NCBI RefSeq assembly: GCF_963921235.1
Contig: NC_086097.1
Span: forward strand, 161,884,001 to 161,948,000
DNA: 64,000 nt
Reading direction: 5' to 3'
Source of the DNA: Mobula hypostoma
Lineage: Eukaryota
Shown: piece after piece, positions 35,369 through 47,838 of the stretch
How the letters are laid out: each line of letters starts with the position of its first letter
How positions within the stretch are numbered: position 1 is the stretch's first letter
Notes under the pieces: model-generated
Database searches by the model: none
What the model was told of the DNA's origin: nothing
What the model saw: the letters and a program-made list of their open reading frames with translations, nothing else
Program-made: the position numbers and the translations under genes

Positions 35369-35617
35369 CGGGAGTCCAGTTTGCGGCCACAGAAGCTCCT
35401 CTCTATTCCCCTTACCATGGAATCCCTTACCACAACAGCTCCACCACCAGGTCAGCTCAAGAATCTGATGGTTGTAGGCAAGTAGCTATTCTTGTACATG
35501 GTCGTGCCTTCTTTTGTTTTAAGATGTACTTTAAAAGCACTAAACAACATTTTTGAGCACCTCTAATTAGCTGACCACCTTTACCTATGGATTTTATTTT
35601 CCTCTTATGGTTTGAAA

Positions 35618-37737
35618 TCTATTTACTATTAAAACTCTCATCCTCTGTCTGTTTGTCTGTTTGTGACCTCCAATTAGTGCAAATGGTGCATTACAGCGGC
35701 ACTCGTTTTGGCCTAAATTGAATTAAAATGCACTAACTTAGAGAATGCAGGCAAAGTTCAGGGTTATATGTTCGTATAAAATTGCTCATTCGCCAAAATA
35801 AACAGGCTGCCTTTTAACCCGAGACCCGATCGGCCATCATGGAAATCGGGACGCGACAGCCCGACGCATGTGCACGGCCAGTTGCAGCAGCGACACCTAC
35901 CGGAGCAAAAGGGCAGGGCAGCTCTATTTCGTGGGGTCACATTCTGCTAATCACCACCATCAACATGTGCAGGATTGGGACAGATCTAACTGCCACCCAT
36001 CAATAAGAGGTAATTAAATCTTATTGTAACGACATACTTTGAGACACCCATAAAACCCTTTGCTGCAGTCAAAAGACAGCGGTGACTATATCACGTCCAT
36101 TTAGCAGAACGCCAACCACATCATCAAGGATAATCAACATCCTTTGGTGTTACTGTTTCGTATCTTCTATCCAGCATTAGGGTAAAAAAATAGTCAGCCG
36201 AATTATGCCACGTGGAAAGGGAAGGGAGACATTATAGTCAAGACCCAGGATCAAAGAGTCAGGACAAAAAAAGATGAGAGAAGAAGAGACAGAGGAGGAG
36301 AGGCATGCACATCTCCAGGATCAGAGATAAACAACAAACAGCAGAAGAGCTGAAGAGATGGGGGATGAAAGGGCTACATGTCTCCAGAATGACAAGGAGA
36401 GGCACAAAGGTGGCAGAGCAACTCTTACAACACACTGGAGGAACTCAGCAGGTCGGGCAGCATCCATGGAAATGATCAGTCAACGTTTCGGGCCAGCCGG
36501 AACCCTTCATCAGGACTGAAGAGGGGAGGGGCAGAGGCCCTATAAAGAAGGTGGGGGGAGGGTTGGAAGGAGAAGGCTGGTAGGTTCCAGGTGAAAAAAC
36601 AGTAAGGGGAAAGATAAAGGGGTGGCGGAAGGGAAGCAGGGAGGGGATAGGCAGGAAAGGTGAAGAAGGAATAGGGGAAAGCACAATGGGTAGTAGAAGG
36701 AGGCGGAGCCATGAGGGAGGTGATAGGCAGCTGGGGAGGGGACAGAGTGAAATAGGGATGGGGAAGGGAGGGGGAGGGAATTGCCGGAAGTTGGAGAATT
36801 CAGTGTTCATGCCCAAGGGCTGGAGACTTCCCAGACGGTATATGAGGTGTTGCTCCTCCAACCTGAGTTTGGCCTCATCCTGGCAGTAGAGGAGGCCATG
36901 TATGGACATATCTGAATGGGAATGTGAAGCAGAGTTGAAGTGGGTGGCAACCGGAGATCCTGTCTGTTGTGGCGGATGGAGTGCAGGTGCTTGATGAATC
37001 GTGTTTCACCGATGTAGAGGAGGCCACACTGGGAGCACCAGATGCAATAGATGACCCCAACAGACTCACAAGTGAAGTGTTGCCTCACCTGGAAGGACTG
37101 TCTGGGCCCTGAATGGTGGCAAGCGAGGAGGTGTAGGGACAGGTGTAGCACTTACGCTTACAGGGTTAAGTGCTGGGTGGGAGATCTGTGGGGAGGGACA
37201 GGTGGACCAGGGAGTTGCCGAGGGAACGATCCCCGCAGAAAGCGGAGAGGCGTGGAGGGGGAAAGATGTGTTTAGTGGTGGGGTCCTGTTGAAGGTGGTG
37301 GAATATGGAGGATAATGTGCTGAATCTGGAGGCTGGTGGGGTGGTAGGTGAGGACAAGGGGAACTCTGTCCCTGTTGTGGTGACAGGAGGATGGGGTGAG
37401 GGCCGAAGTGCGGGAAATGGGAGAGATGTGGGTGAGGGCATCATTGATGATGGCAGAAGGGAAACCATGATCCTTAAAGAAAGAGGACATTTGAGATGTC
37501 CTGGATGGCAGATAAGCCAGAAATGATGCTATCAAAAGTGTCCTTCGTTAAACAAGGAGGAGCTATATTTGCTTTGCTATGCGTCGTTCTTCTTTAATAA
37601 ACTGAGGTTTACTCCTTCAGTTTCCAAGGCAAAGCGATACCAACAGTATTCAGGAAAATTTAATGTTCATTCTGGTCACATCAGACTGCACTACCCTTCT
37701 CTCAAAAGGTGCCCCAACAGGTCACCCTGTTGTCTAT
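35618..37737 (+). mobile_element. Probable non-autonomous Helitron
   Basis: A|TC start with TCTATTTACTATTAAAAC and (TGTC/TGTT)n; E/R-rich ORF remnant (ETEEERHAHLQDQR); 3' hairpin GGTGCCC..GGTCACC followed by CTAT (degenerate CTRR); no TSD. Confidence 0.5.
36418..37505 (-). mobile_element. 5'-truncated Neptune-type PLE (second subfamily) with hammerhead at 36477-36518
   Basis: GVIYCIWCSQCGLLYIGET GIY-YIG domain; CAGUC-CUGAUGA..GAAACGUU-GACUG; 7-bp TSD TGGCAGA (36411-36417, 37506-37512). Confidence 0.88.
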
Positions 37738-37744
37738 ATTAGCT

Positions 37745-38450
37745 AAATCATGAAGTTGCTGCAGCTCAGAAACCAGCCATTCAAGTCAAGTTTGTATTAG
37801 TTCTGCATAAGGCAGCCACATCAGTCCTCATCCCCTTGTTCTTTCCCCAGGGACCTGCAAGTTCTTCCTCAAATATATGAAAATTTAAAAAAAAAACCAG
37901 ATAAAGAAAACTGAAATCAAAGCAGCCTGGCCCAAGGCAGTAACTTGGCAGTAAATTTCAGATCAGATCTATTCCCTGAATATAAAAGTAATTCTCTCAG
38001 TCCTCTTGTGTCGTAGGCCTTCGATTATATTTCTATACTCCCATTCATTAACTCATCTCTGCTGATGGAAATAGTTGCATCAGTCAACACCATCTAAGAC
38101 TCATCTTGATCTTTCACGTAACTACTAAATCTCTTCTCAATATTCCTTCCTGCAAGGAGTATACACCCAGCTTCTCATTGTAGTTGAAATCCTTCGTCCC
38201 TCGAATCACGCTCTTAAATTATCTCTGCCTCCCCTCTAAGACCTTCATGTCCCAGAGTGAAAATGAAGGGATATGGTTTTTCAGTTGTGGTCAAACATTA
38301 GTGTTTTATGGATGTTCAACATAACCTTTCTGCTTTTATAATTACTGGGATCCTATATAGTTCACCAACTGCTCTTTCAATGTGCCCTGATGGTTTCAGA
38401 AATTTATACTAATTTGCATGCAAGTCCTTTGTTCCTTCACGTTTTGGAAC
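37745..38450 (-). mobile_element. Highly degenerate CR1 3' part
   Basis: Residual CR1 3'UTR and RT C-terminal nucleotide motifs. Confidence 0.45.
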
Positions 38451-39048
38451 TTCATGTCTTTGTTGCTTTTTATTTTTGGCAAATTGTATAACTTCATCCT
38501 TCTGTATTAAACTTTATCTGCCAATTGCCTGTTCGTTCTGCCAGCCTGTCTGTTACCCATCCATATCATTACTAGCAAACTTCCAAGCCTTGTTATTGGT
38601 GCAGTTTTTGTATGGTTGGGCACCTGCTGCTGGGTTATGTTGTTTGTTCCAACATAGTCACTTGATAAGAGCCTGGAGTACTTTGGCAAAGCCTACTGTG
38701 GCATCAGGGCTGTCTTAGCTTCTGCAGTAGTATACAGGTTCCCTTTGGCAGCAAATGAGACTGTCCCCAAGCTCATTAATTGTCAGACGTGTCAGTATTA
38801 TAATTCTTTCTGAATGTCTTTGATGCTCACAATAACATAAGAACTGTTTTAAAAATATTTACATATTAAAGTTCAATAAATGACATTGCAATAACTTCTC
38901 AAAACAAAACGATCTCCATTTAGGTTAACTTAATGAATGCAGCTTCAGTGGACAGACTTTCCTGGAAGAACTGGGAACTTGGAAGCAGATTCTGCTGTTC
39001 TGTTGGACTTAAGTCTACTGAGCAATATTGGGACAGTTATAACCCATG

Positions 39049-39202
39049 CAAATACACTCAAAATGCTGGAGGAACTCAACAGGCCTTGTAGCATCTATGG
39101 AAAAGAGTATTTTCCATAGATGTAGCCTGGCCTGCTGAGTTCCTCCAGCATTTTGTGTGTTGCTTGGATTTTTAGAATCTGCAAATTTTCTCTTGTTTGT
39201 GA
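39049..39202. mobile_element. Mini palindromic PLE tail insertion (opposite orientation)
   Basis: Inverted AAAATGCTGGAGGAACTCA..CATCTATGGAAAA arms; TSD TATAACCCATG (39038-39048, 39203-39213). Confidence 0.82.
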
Positions 39203-39893
39203 TATAACCCATGGCAGTGGGTTAAAAGGTGCTGCTTATGGTTGAGTTGGGACACAGGATTTGACCCGTTCAGAAAACTGTTAGCGTCACATAGTGTGAA
39301 CATCAACGAGTATTAGAAATCTCAATTTCCTCTTTCACTTTTCCCATTCCTACTGCTATTGATACTTTAATTCCATGGGTTTCAAGTTTGCTATTCAGCC
39401 TTTTGCATAGGACGTCATCTTCTGAAATGCATGCAGGTGATATTTATTGCATTCTTTTGTTTCTGACTGTTGTGAATTTGTTTCCATATTTAGTGATTTT
39501 TATTTTTATAAAAATTATGAGTTCCATATTCAAATTAAATTCTCTTCCAAGCTGTAATTTGACTTCCTAAAGATGTTTGCTGTTTCATCAATAAAAACAC
39601 AATCAAGTTAGTTAAATGCAGTTTTCCTTAAATAATTCAATGTTGGCTCTTCCTTAACAACGTGAGCTTCAAAAGTAGTTTTTAATGTTTTCTGTGAACA
39701 TTGGTTCTAAGTGTTTCTCCTCAGCTAAGGACTTGTAATTTCCTGGTATTTCCTTACCTCCCCTTTGAACAACTTTTGTGTTACTTTTTAAACGCAAACA
39801 ACAGGAATTCTGCAGATGCTGGAAATTCAAGCAACACACATCAAAGTTGCTGGTGAACGCAGCAGGCACGGCAGCATCTGTAGGAAGAGGTGC

Positions 39894-39929
39894 AGTCGAC
39901 GTTTCAGGCCAAGACCCTTCGTCAGGACT
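39894..39929 (-). ncRNA. Minimal hammerhead ribozyme (intact core)
   Basis: AGUC-CUGACGA-AGGGUCUUGGCCU-GAAA-CGUC-GACU. Confidence 0.85.
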
Positions 39930-41833
39930 AACTGAAGGAAGAGTGAGTAAGGGATTTGAAAGTTGGAGGGGGAGGGGGAGATCCAAAATGATAGGAGAAG
40001 ACAGGAGGGGGAGGGATAGAGCCAAGAGCTGGACAGGTCTTAGGCAAAAGGGGATACGAGAGGATCATGGGACAGGAGGTCCGGGAAGAAAGACAAGTGG
40101 GGGGGGAACCCAGAGGATGGGCAAGAGGTATATTCAGAGGGACAGAGGAAGAAAAAGGAGAGTGAGAGAAAGAATGTGTGCATAAAAATAAGTAACAGAT
40201 GGGGTATGAGGGGGAGGTGGGGCCTTAGCGGAAGTTAGAGAAGTCGATGTTCATGCCATCAGGTTGGAGGCTACCCAGACGGAATGTTGTTCCTCCAACC
40301 TGAGTGTGGCTTCATCTTTACAGTAGAGGAGGCCGTGGATAGACATGTCAGAATGGGAATGGGATGTGGAATTAAAATGTGTGGCCACTGGGAGATCCTG
40401 CTTTCTCTGGCGGACAGAGCGTAGATGTTCAGCAAAGCGGTCTCCCAGTCTGCGTCGGGTCTCGCCAATATATAAAAGGCCACATCGGGAGCACCGGTGG
40501 GATCCCGTTGGAGGTTGCACGCATGCAGAACTCGTTGACTTTATTAACTTTGCCTCCAACTTTTACCCTGCCCTCAAGTTTACCTGGTCCATTTCCGACA
40601 CCTCCCTCCCCTTTCTAGATCTTTCTGCCTCTGTTTCTGGAGACAGCTTATCCACTGATGTCTACTATAAGCCTACGGACTCTCACAGCTATCTGGACTA
40701 TTCCTCTTCTCACCCTGTCTCTTGCAAAAACGCCATCCCCTTCTCGCAATTCCTCCATCTCCACCGCATCTGCTCTCAGGATGAGGCTTTTCATTCTAGA
40801 ACGAGGGAGATGTCTTCCTTTTTTAAAGAAAGGGGCTTCCCTTCCTCCACTATCAACTCTGCTCTTAAACGCATCTCCCCCATTTCACGTACGTCTGCTC
40901 TCACTCCATCCTCCCGCCACCCCACTAGGAATAGCGTTCCCCTGGTCCTCACCTACCACCCCACCAGCCTCCGGGTCCAACATATTATTCTCCGTAACTT
41001 CCGCCACCTCCAACGGGATCCCACCACTAAGCACATCTTTCCCTCCCCCTCTCTCTCTGCATTCCGCAGGGATCGCTCCCTACACAACTCCCTTGTCCAT
41101 TCGTCCCCCCCATCCCTCCCCACTGATCTCCCTCCTGGCACTTATCCGTGTAAGCGGAACAAGTACTACACATGCCCTTACACTTCCTCCCTTACCACCA
41201 TTCAGGGCCCCAAACAGTCCTTCCAGGTGAGGCAACACTTCACCTGTGAGTCGACTGGGGTGATATACTGCGTCCGGTGCTCCCGATGTGGCCTTTTATA
41301 TATTGGCGAGACCTGACGCAGACTGGGAGACCGCTTTGCTGAACATCTACGCTCTGTCCGCCAGAGAAAGCAGGATCTCCCAGTGGCCACATCCCATTCC
41401 CATTCTGACATGTCTATCCACGGCCTCCTCTACTGTAAAGCTGAAGCCACACTCAGGTTGGAGGAACAACACCTTACATTCCGTCTGGGTAGCCTCCGAC
41501 CTGATGGCATGAACATCGACTTCTCTAACTTCTGCTAAGGCCCCACCTCCCCCTCGTACCCCATCTGTTACTTATTTTTATGCACACATTCTTTCTTTCA
41601 CTCTCCTTTTTCTCCCTCTGTCCCTCTGAATATACCTCTTGCCCATCCTCTGGGTCCCCCCACCCCCCGTCTTTCTTCCCGGACCTCCTGTTCCATGATC
41701 CTCTCGTATCCCCTTTTGCCTATCACCTGTCCAGCTCTTGGCTCCATCCCTCCCCCTCCTGTCTTCTCCTATCATTTTGGATCTCCCCCTCCCCCTCCTA
41801 CTTTCAAATCCCTTACTCACTCTTCCTTCAGTT

Positions 41834-41869
41834 AGTCCTGACGAAGGGTCTCGGCCTGAAACGTCGACT
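41834..41869 (+). ncRNA. Minimal hammerhead ribozyme (intact core)
   Basis: AGUC-CUGACGA-AGGGUCUCGGCCU-GAAA-CGUC-GACU. Confidence 0.85.
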
Positions 41870-42132
41870 GCACCTCTTCCTACAGATGCTGCCTGGCCTG
41901 CTGCGTTCACCAGCAACTTTGATGTGTGTTGTTTGTGTTACTTTTGCTATTTTTTAGTCCTCTGGCATCTCCCCTAAGGAAGTTCTGCAAAAATCACCCT
42001 CATCTCTTTTGGCAACAGAAAACATTCCATTCTGCATTTTAAATTTTGAGCAAAGCTCAAAAGTTCTTGTACCCTTTTGACATCAGTTTTTTCCCTCATA
42101 CGTCATTTCTACTTCCTCAACAAGAAATATTT

Positions 42133-42325
42133 AAAGTTCAAAGTAAATTTATTGTCAAGTATATACATGTTACTATATACTACCCTGAGATTCATTTTCT
42201 TGCAGATATTCACAGCAGAATAATGCAATGTAATACTATCAATGAAAAACTGCACACAACCAAAGTGCAAAAGAGACAAACGGTGCAAATACAAAAATAA
42301 TTAATAAGTAATATGGAGAGTATTC
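42133..42325 (-). mobile_element. Rex1-type 3'UTR fragment
   Basis: AAAGTTCAAAGTAAATTTATT..ACCCTGAGATTCATTTTCTTGC, as at 3575 and 53385. Confidence 0.6.
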
Positions 42326-43215
42326 TTCCTTGATACAAAGTAATCATTTAGAATTGCATATGTTCATGCTTCCCACCCCGCTTGTATGCTGATTCACATG
42401 CCATTGTTAATATATGTCTGTATTAAAGGACACCCATAAAGTTAATTGTCTATGGTTCTCTCAATGCCAGCTCCAGCTACAGTTCGTGTTGCTACTGGAT
42501 TACTCTACAAATCTTTTCTTTTGACAACAGCTTTTGATCTTGTAATTGTTTATGCTGGAATTTCAGCCCAGGGGCCTGATATTTATGTGCACAGAAGTGC
42601 TGCTTCTAGAATTAAGCAGTGCTCTTGGGTGTGATTGTAATTGGGCATGTTGCCATGAGAAACTTGGGAGGGGAGAGTGCCTCTCTGTGGAAGGCCTTTT
42701 GAAAAGCCTTTGTGAAATTTTGGAGGAGTGGTCAGAAGAAAGAATCTAATTGTGACCTGGATGAGTTTGAAGAAAAAAAGTTATTCTGAATAGTTGGGGA
42801 ATGGTGGAAGAGGGGAATACCTTGGTTTGAACTGTGTAAAGTGACTTCAAGTAGTTTGTAAAAGATGAAATTTGGTCACGGAGAAACTCCTGTGCTTTTT
42901 ATAAAATTAAAAATATAATACTTTCTAAAAATGCTAATGAAGTAGAGTAACGATCATTTAGAATGTGAGAGCTAGCTTAAAAAATCAGATAGCTCATTTC
43001 TGTATTTCTACGTTTCAAATGGCATGTATAAGAATACAATCTTCGCATCCTGTTCTTATTACTGTTTTAGAAAATGAAAAAGGTTAAGATCAGTTCAGCA
43101 AATTTGTAATAAACAAAGCGAGTTTTGCTCGAAAGGGTTGTTTTTAATTAATGAGGTGCTTGAAGGAATTATGCCACTCCCTGGAAGACCAAGGGAAAAC
43201 AGAACTTTAAGAATG

Positions 43216-44439
43216 TTTCTATCTCTGAAGGCAGCTCACCCACTGATGTCTATTATAAACCCATGGACTCTCACAGCTATCCATACTGTACCTCTTCCCA
43301 CCCTGTTACTTGTAAAAACGCCATCCCCTTCTCTCAATTCCTCTGCCTGCACCGCATCTTCCCTCAGGATGAGGCTTTTCATTCCAGAACAAAGGAGATG
43401 TTCTTGTTTCAAAGAAAGGGCCTTCCCTTCCTTCACCATCAATGCTCCCCTCAACCACATCTCTTCCATTTCATGCATGTCTGCTCCTACCCCATCCTCC
43501 CGCCACCCTACCAGGGATAGGGTTCCTCTTGTCCTCACCTACCACCCCACCAGCCTTTGTGTCCAGCACATAATTCTCTGAAACTTCCGCCATCTCCAAC
43601 GGATCCCACCACCAAACACATCTCCGCCCCCCCCCCACTTTCTGCTTTCCGCAGGGACCGCTCCCTATGCGACTCCCTTGCCCATTCATCCCTCCCAGTG
43701 ATCTCCCTTCTGGCACTTATCCTTGCAAACGGAACAAGTCCTACACCTGCCCCTACACCTTCTCCCTCACTACCAGTCAGGGCCCTAAACTGTCTTCCAG
43801 GTGAGGTGACACTTCACCTGTGAGTTTGTTGGGGTCATATACTGTGTCCGGTGCTCCCTGTGTGGCCTCCTGTATGTCGGTGAGACCCGACATAGATTGG
43901 GAGACCAAATTGCAGAGCATCTATGTGCTGTCCGCCAGAAAAAGTGGTATCTCCCAGTAGCCATCCATTTTAATTCCACTACACATTCCCATCCTGATAT
44001 GACTGTCCATGGCCTCATCCACTGTCGTGATGAGGCCACACTTAGCTTGGAAGAACAACAACACCTTATATTCTGTTTAGAACCTCCAATCTGATGGCAT
44101 GAACATCAATTTCTCGAACTTCTGGTAATGCCCTTCCCCATCCCTGTTTCCCCCTCTCACCTTATCTTCTTGCTCATCCATCATCTCCTTCTGGTGCTGC
44201 TCCCACTTTTCTTTCTTCCGTAGCTTTTTTTGTCTCTTTCAGCAATTTACTTCCCAACTGTTTACTTCATCTCTCCTCCTTCAGGTTTCACCTATCACCT
44301 TTTGTTTCTCCCTCTCCTTCCCCCCATCTTTTAAATCTCAGGTTTTTTTCTCCAGTCCTGCCGAAGTGTTTCGGCCCGAAACGTTGACTGTACTCTTTTC
44401 CTAGATGCTGTCTGGCCTGCTGACATTTTGTGTGTGTTG
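43216..44439 (+). mobile_element. Older 5'-truncated Neptune-type PLE with mutated hammerhead (44354-44389)
   Basis: Frameshifted RT thumb/GIY-YIG; core CUGCCGA; ends at GTGTGTTG; imperfect TSD TAAGAA(A)TGTT. Confidence 0.85.
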
Positions 44440-45129
44440 TATAAGAAATGTTGGTAATGCAAAAGATCTTTGCTGATTGTTGTTAATAATAAGGCAGTAA
44501 GAAATTGATAATACTGATGGAAAATTAAGCAAAGAATTGTTTTTGACTAACATTATTTTGTTTGAATTCCATTAAAGTTAATAAAGATTAGTAACTATGG
44601 TATTTCAGAAGTAATTTGAATTTCTAAAATCCTATTCTTGTGCCAGTAAGAATTTGTTAAAGATAATTCATAAAAACTATTTTGTATACAATCATTGTTA
44701 AGTTGTAAATATAAAAATAACTAAGCATTCTTTGAATTATATAAGAAATTTTATTTTGAAGAGCCTCTAAATTACAACTTCTCTAAGGAACAAAAGCATA
44801 GCCTATTTTTCCTTTACAGAACATTATAATAGGCATGTATGAAAACTAAAAGAATGCAGATACTAGAAATATAAAACAAAAACAAAAACAAAATTCAGGA
44901 AGCGCTCAGACTTCCGAATTTGTGCAAAAAGAAACAACCAGGTGTGACCTATGAATTTCAAATTGCACATCTCAGTTTCCACAAGTTTTCATTCCAGACA
45001 CTGTCCTTCCTTCCTGAAGATCTGTAGTATGCGGGCTTCTTTGAACATGACCCATTTTGCCCATATGAATTAATTTGTATCATTGCTACTCATTCACTTA
45101 TAAAATTGCATAAGATACAAAACTGCAAG

Positions 45130-45370
45130 TTTGAAAATCAAACTTGTCATATGATCAGAGCTAGCAGCTTGTTCCAGGTTGCCACCATCCTTTGCGTGGA
45201 AAATTTTTTCTAAGATCTACAAATTTCTCCCCTCTCACCTTAACCTGTGTCCTCTAGTTGTATATGCCAATGTTCTGAGACCAGGATGCTATCAATCCTA
45301 TCTCTGCTGTATATAATTGTAGAAACCTCTGAGGTCATCCTTAAGTATGCTGCATTTAAGTAAGAAGAAA
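45130..45370 (-). mobile_element. Degenerate CR1 3' fragment
   Basis: TTCCAGGTTGCCACCATCCTTTGCGTGGAAAA..CCCCTCTCACCTTAACCTGTGTCCTCTAG. Confidence 0.5.
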
Positions 45371-47838
45371 CTGATGGGATAGAATTTGTCAAATGTGTTC
45401 AGGAAGGTTTCCTTAATCAGTACATAGAAGTCCCAACGAGAGAGTTTACGATACTTGATCCACTATTAGGGAATGCGACCAAGTTGTTGACAGAAGGTTG
45501 TGTAGGGGAACACTTTGCATCTAGTGATCACAATGCCATTTGTTTCAAAGTAAGTATGCAAAAAGATGGATCTGGGCCGTGGGTTGAGATTCTGAATTGG
45601 AGAAAGGCCAATTTTGTTGGTGTCAGAAAGGATCTGGCATATGAGGATTGGATTGAAATTTTGAGAGTACTAATCTTGTATATGCCTGTCAGAATAAAAG
45701 GTGAAGTTAGCAGATGTAGGAAAACTTGGTTTTCAAGAGATATTGAGGCCCTGGTTAAGAAAAAAAAGTGTATTGCAGGTATAGGCAGGTAGGAACAAAT
45801 GAGGTGATTATGGAGTATAAGCAATACAAAAGAACATTTGAGAAAGAACTCAGGAAGGGGTAAAAGAAGGCATGAGTTTGCCCAAATAAACCAGGTGAAG
45901 GAGAATTCTAAGGGATTCTACAAATATGTTAAGAGCAAAAGGATCGCAGGGGACAAAATTGGTCAGCTGGAAGATCAGAATGGTAATCCATGTGTGGAGC
46001 CAAAAGAGATGGGGGGAGATCATAAATAATCTTTTTTGCATCTGTATTTACTCAGCAGACAGACAGAAAGTCTATAGAAATGCAGTAAAGTGGCACCAAC
46101 TCCATGGATCTTATACATATTACAAAGCAGAAGGTGTTTGCTGTCCTGAAGCAAATTAGGATAGATTACTCCCCAGGGCTTGACAAAGTGTTTCCTGAGA
46201 AATTGCTAGGGCCCCAGCAGAGATATTTAAAGCATCCTTAGCGACAAGTGAGGTACCAGTGGATTGGAGGATAGCCAATGTTGTTCCGCTGTTTAAGAAA
46301 GGCTCTAGAAATAATCCAGGAAATTAAAGTCTTTTTCTTTTTAAATCTTTTTATTGAATTAGTACACAAAAGGCAAACCAAATAGACACTAATACACTGT
46401 TGCAATATAAATTTACAAGAGATATTAATACACAAAATAAGTTAGTACAAACAGTGCAGTTTGGATATAAAATAATAAGGTAATATAATAGTATACTAAT
46501 TTTCCATACATATCAATAAAGCGAAGAAAACCCCCCCCAAAAAAACCCACCGTGCAACTAATCTAAAAAGCAAAGCAAAGCAATGGGCTAACTAGGTATC
46601 AAGTAGACTTAAACAACTTAAAACAATCACGTCCTCAAACCCAACCTCCATTAAAAACAGTTAAAAAGCAAGAAGGGAATGTAAATATGGGCAAAGAGAA
46701 AAAAAAATACATTAAATGAAAATGTTGAATAAAAGATCTCCAGGTCTGTTCAAATTTAACTGAAGTATCATAAAGATTACTTCTGATTTTCTCCAAATTT
46801 AAACATAGTATCGTCTGAGAAAACCAAAAGAACGTAGTTGGGGCATTAATCTCCTTCCAATGTTGTAAAATACATCTTTTCGCCATTAAAGTAAGAAATG
46901 CAATCATTCTACGGGCTGAAGGGGAAAGATTATTGGAAATTTTAGGTAATCCAAAGATAGCAGGAATAGGACGGGGAGAGATATCTATATTCAATACCTT
47001 TGAAAAAATATTAAAAATGTCTTTCCAAAAAGTTTCCAAAGTAGGACAGGACCAAAGCATGTGAGTTAAGGAAGCAATCTCCCCATGACATCTGTCACAA
47101 AGAGGATTAATATGAAAATAAAAACGAGCTAATTTATCTTTAGACATATGTGCTCTATGATTTTAAATTGAATTAGGGAATGTTTGGAACAGATAGAGGA
47201 AGTATTGACTAGTTGTAAAATATGTGCCCAGTCATCCGCCGAGATAATAAAGCCCAATTCCTTTTCCCAATCTGACCTAATCTTATCGAATGGAACTTTC
47301 TTAAGTTTCATGATAATATTATAAATAATAGCCGTTACACCTTTCTGACATGGGTTAAGGTTAATTATAGTATCTAAAATATATGTAGGAGGTAACATCG
47401 GAAAGGAAGAGAGTATAGTACTTAGGAAATTTCTAATTTGGAGATATCTAAAAAAATGTATTCTTGGTAAGTTATATTTGTTAGATAATTGTTCAAAAGA
47501 CATAAGGGAGCCATCTAAAAATAAATCCAAAAACCATGATATACCATTAGTCTTCCAAATTTGAAAGGCACGGTCTGTGGAAGAGGGGGGAAAGAATATG
47601 TTGCCTAAAATAGGAATCGCAAGCCCAAATTGATTAAGATCGAAAAATTTTCGGAATTGAAACCAAATACGTAAGATATATTTAACTATCGGGTTACAAA
47701 CCTGTTTGTGGCGTTTCAAATTGAAAGGAAGAGAAGAACCTAAAATGGAGCCAAGTGCATAACCTTGAGCAGATTGTAATTCCAATACTACCCACTTAGG
47801 AATGGATAATGTATCTTGATCAAGTAACCAAAATTTCA

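Larger units (their letters stand above)
31333..35450 (-). mobile_element. Near full-length CR1 LINE (ORF1 SGNH-esterase part, ORF2 EN-RT, 3' tail), frameshifted
   Basis: ORF1 RDSMVRG..CLPGARVRDV..VVHVGTN..DDLHL; ORF2 YLNARSIRNK, GDFN, SDH, GVPQGSVLG, KFADDTKL; (TTCTTATG)n tail. Short + strand CR1 3' end inserted at about 31843-31913. Confidence 0.92.
39789..41931. mobile_element. Neptune-type PLE, large palindromic insertion (minus arm 39789-~40497, plus arm ~40510-41931)
   Basis: RT thumb (LPFLDL..YYKPTDSHSYL..HP..RICS), Cys linker (PCKRNKYYTC), GIY-YIG with a CGA->TGA stop at 41314-41316. 14-bp TSD TTTGTGTTACTTTT (39775-39788, 41932-41945). Confidence 0.93.

Noticed and set aside
34893..35369. 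Direct repeats with a spacer (CRISPR-like or LTR-like)
   Set aside because: Only two unequal repeats in a eukaryotic context, no TG..CA or PBS; these are PLE pseudo-LTRs.
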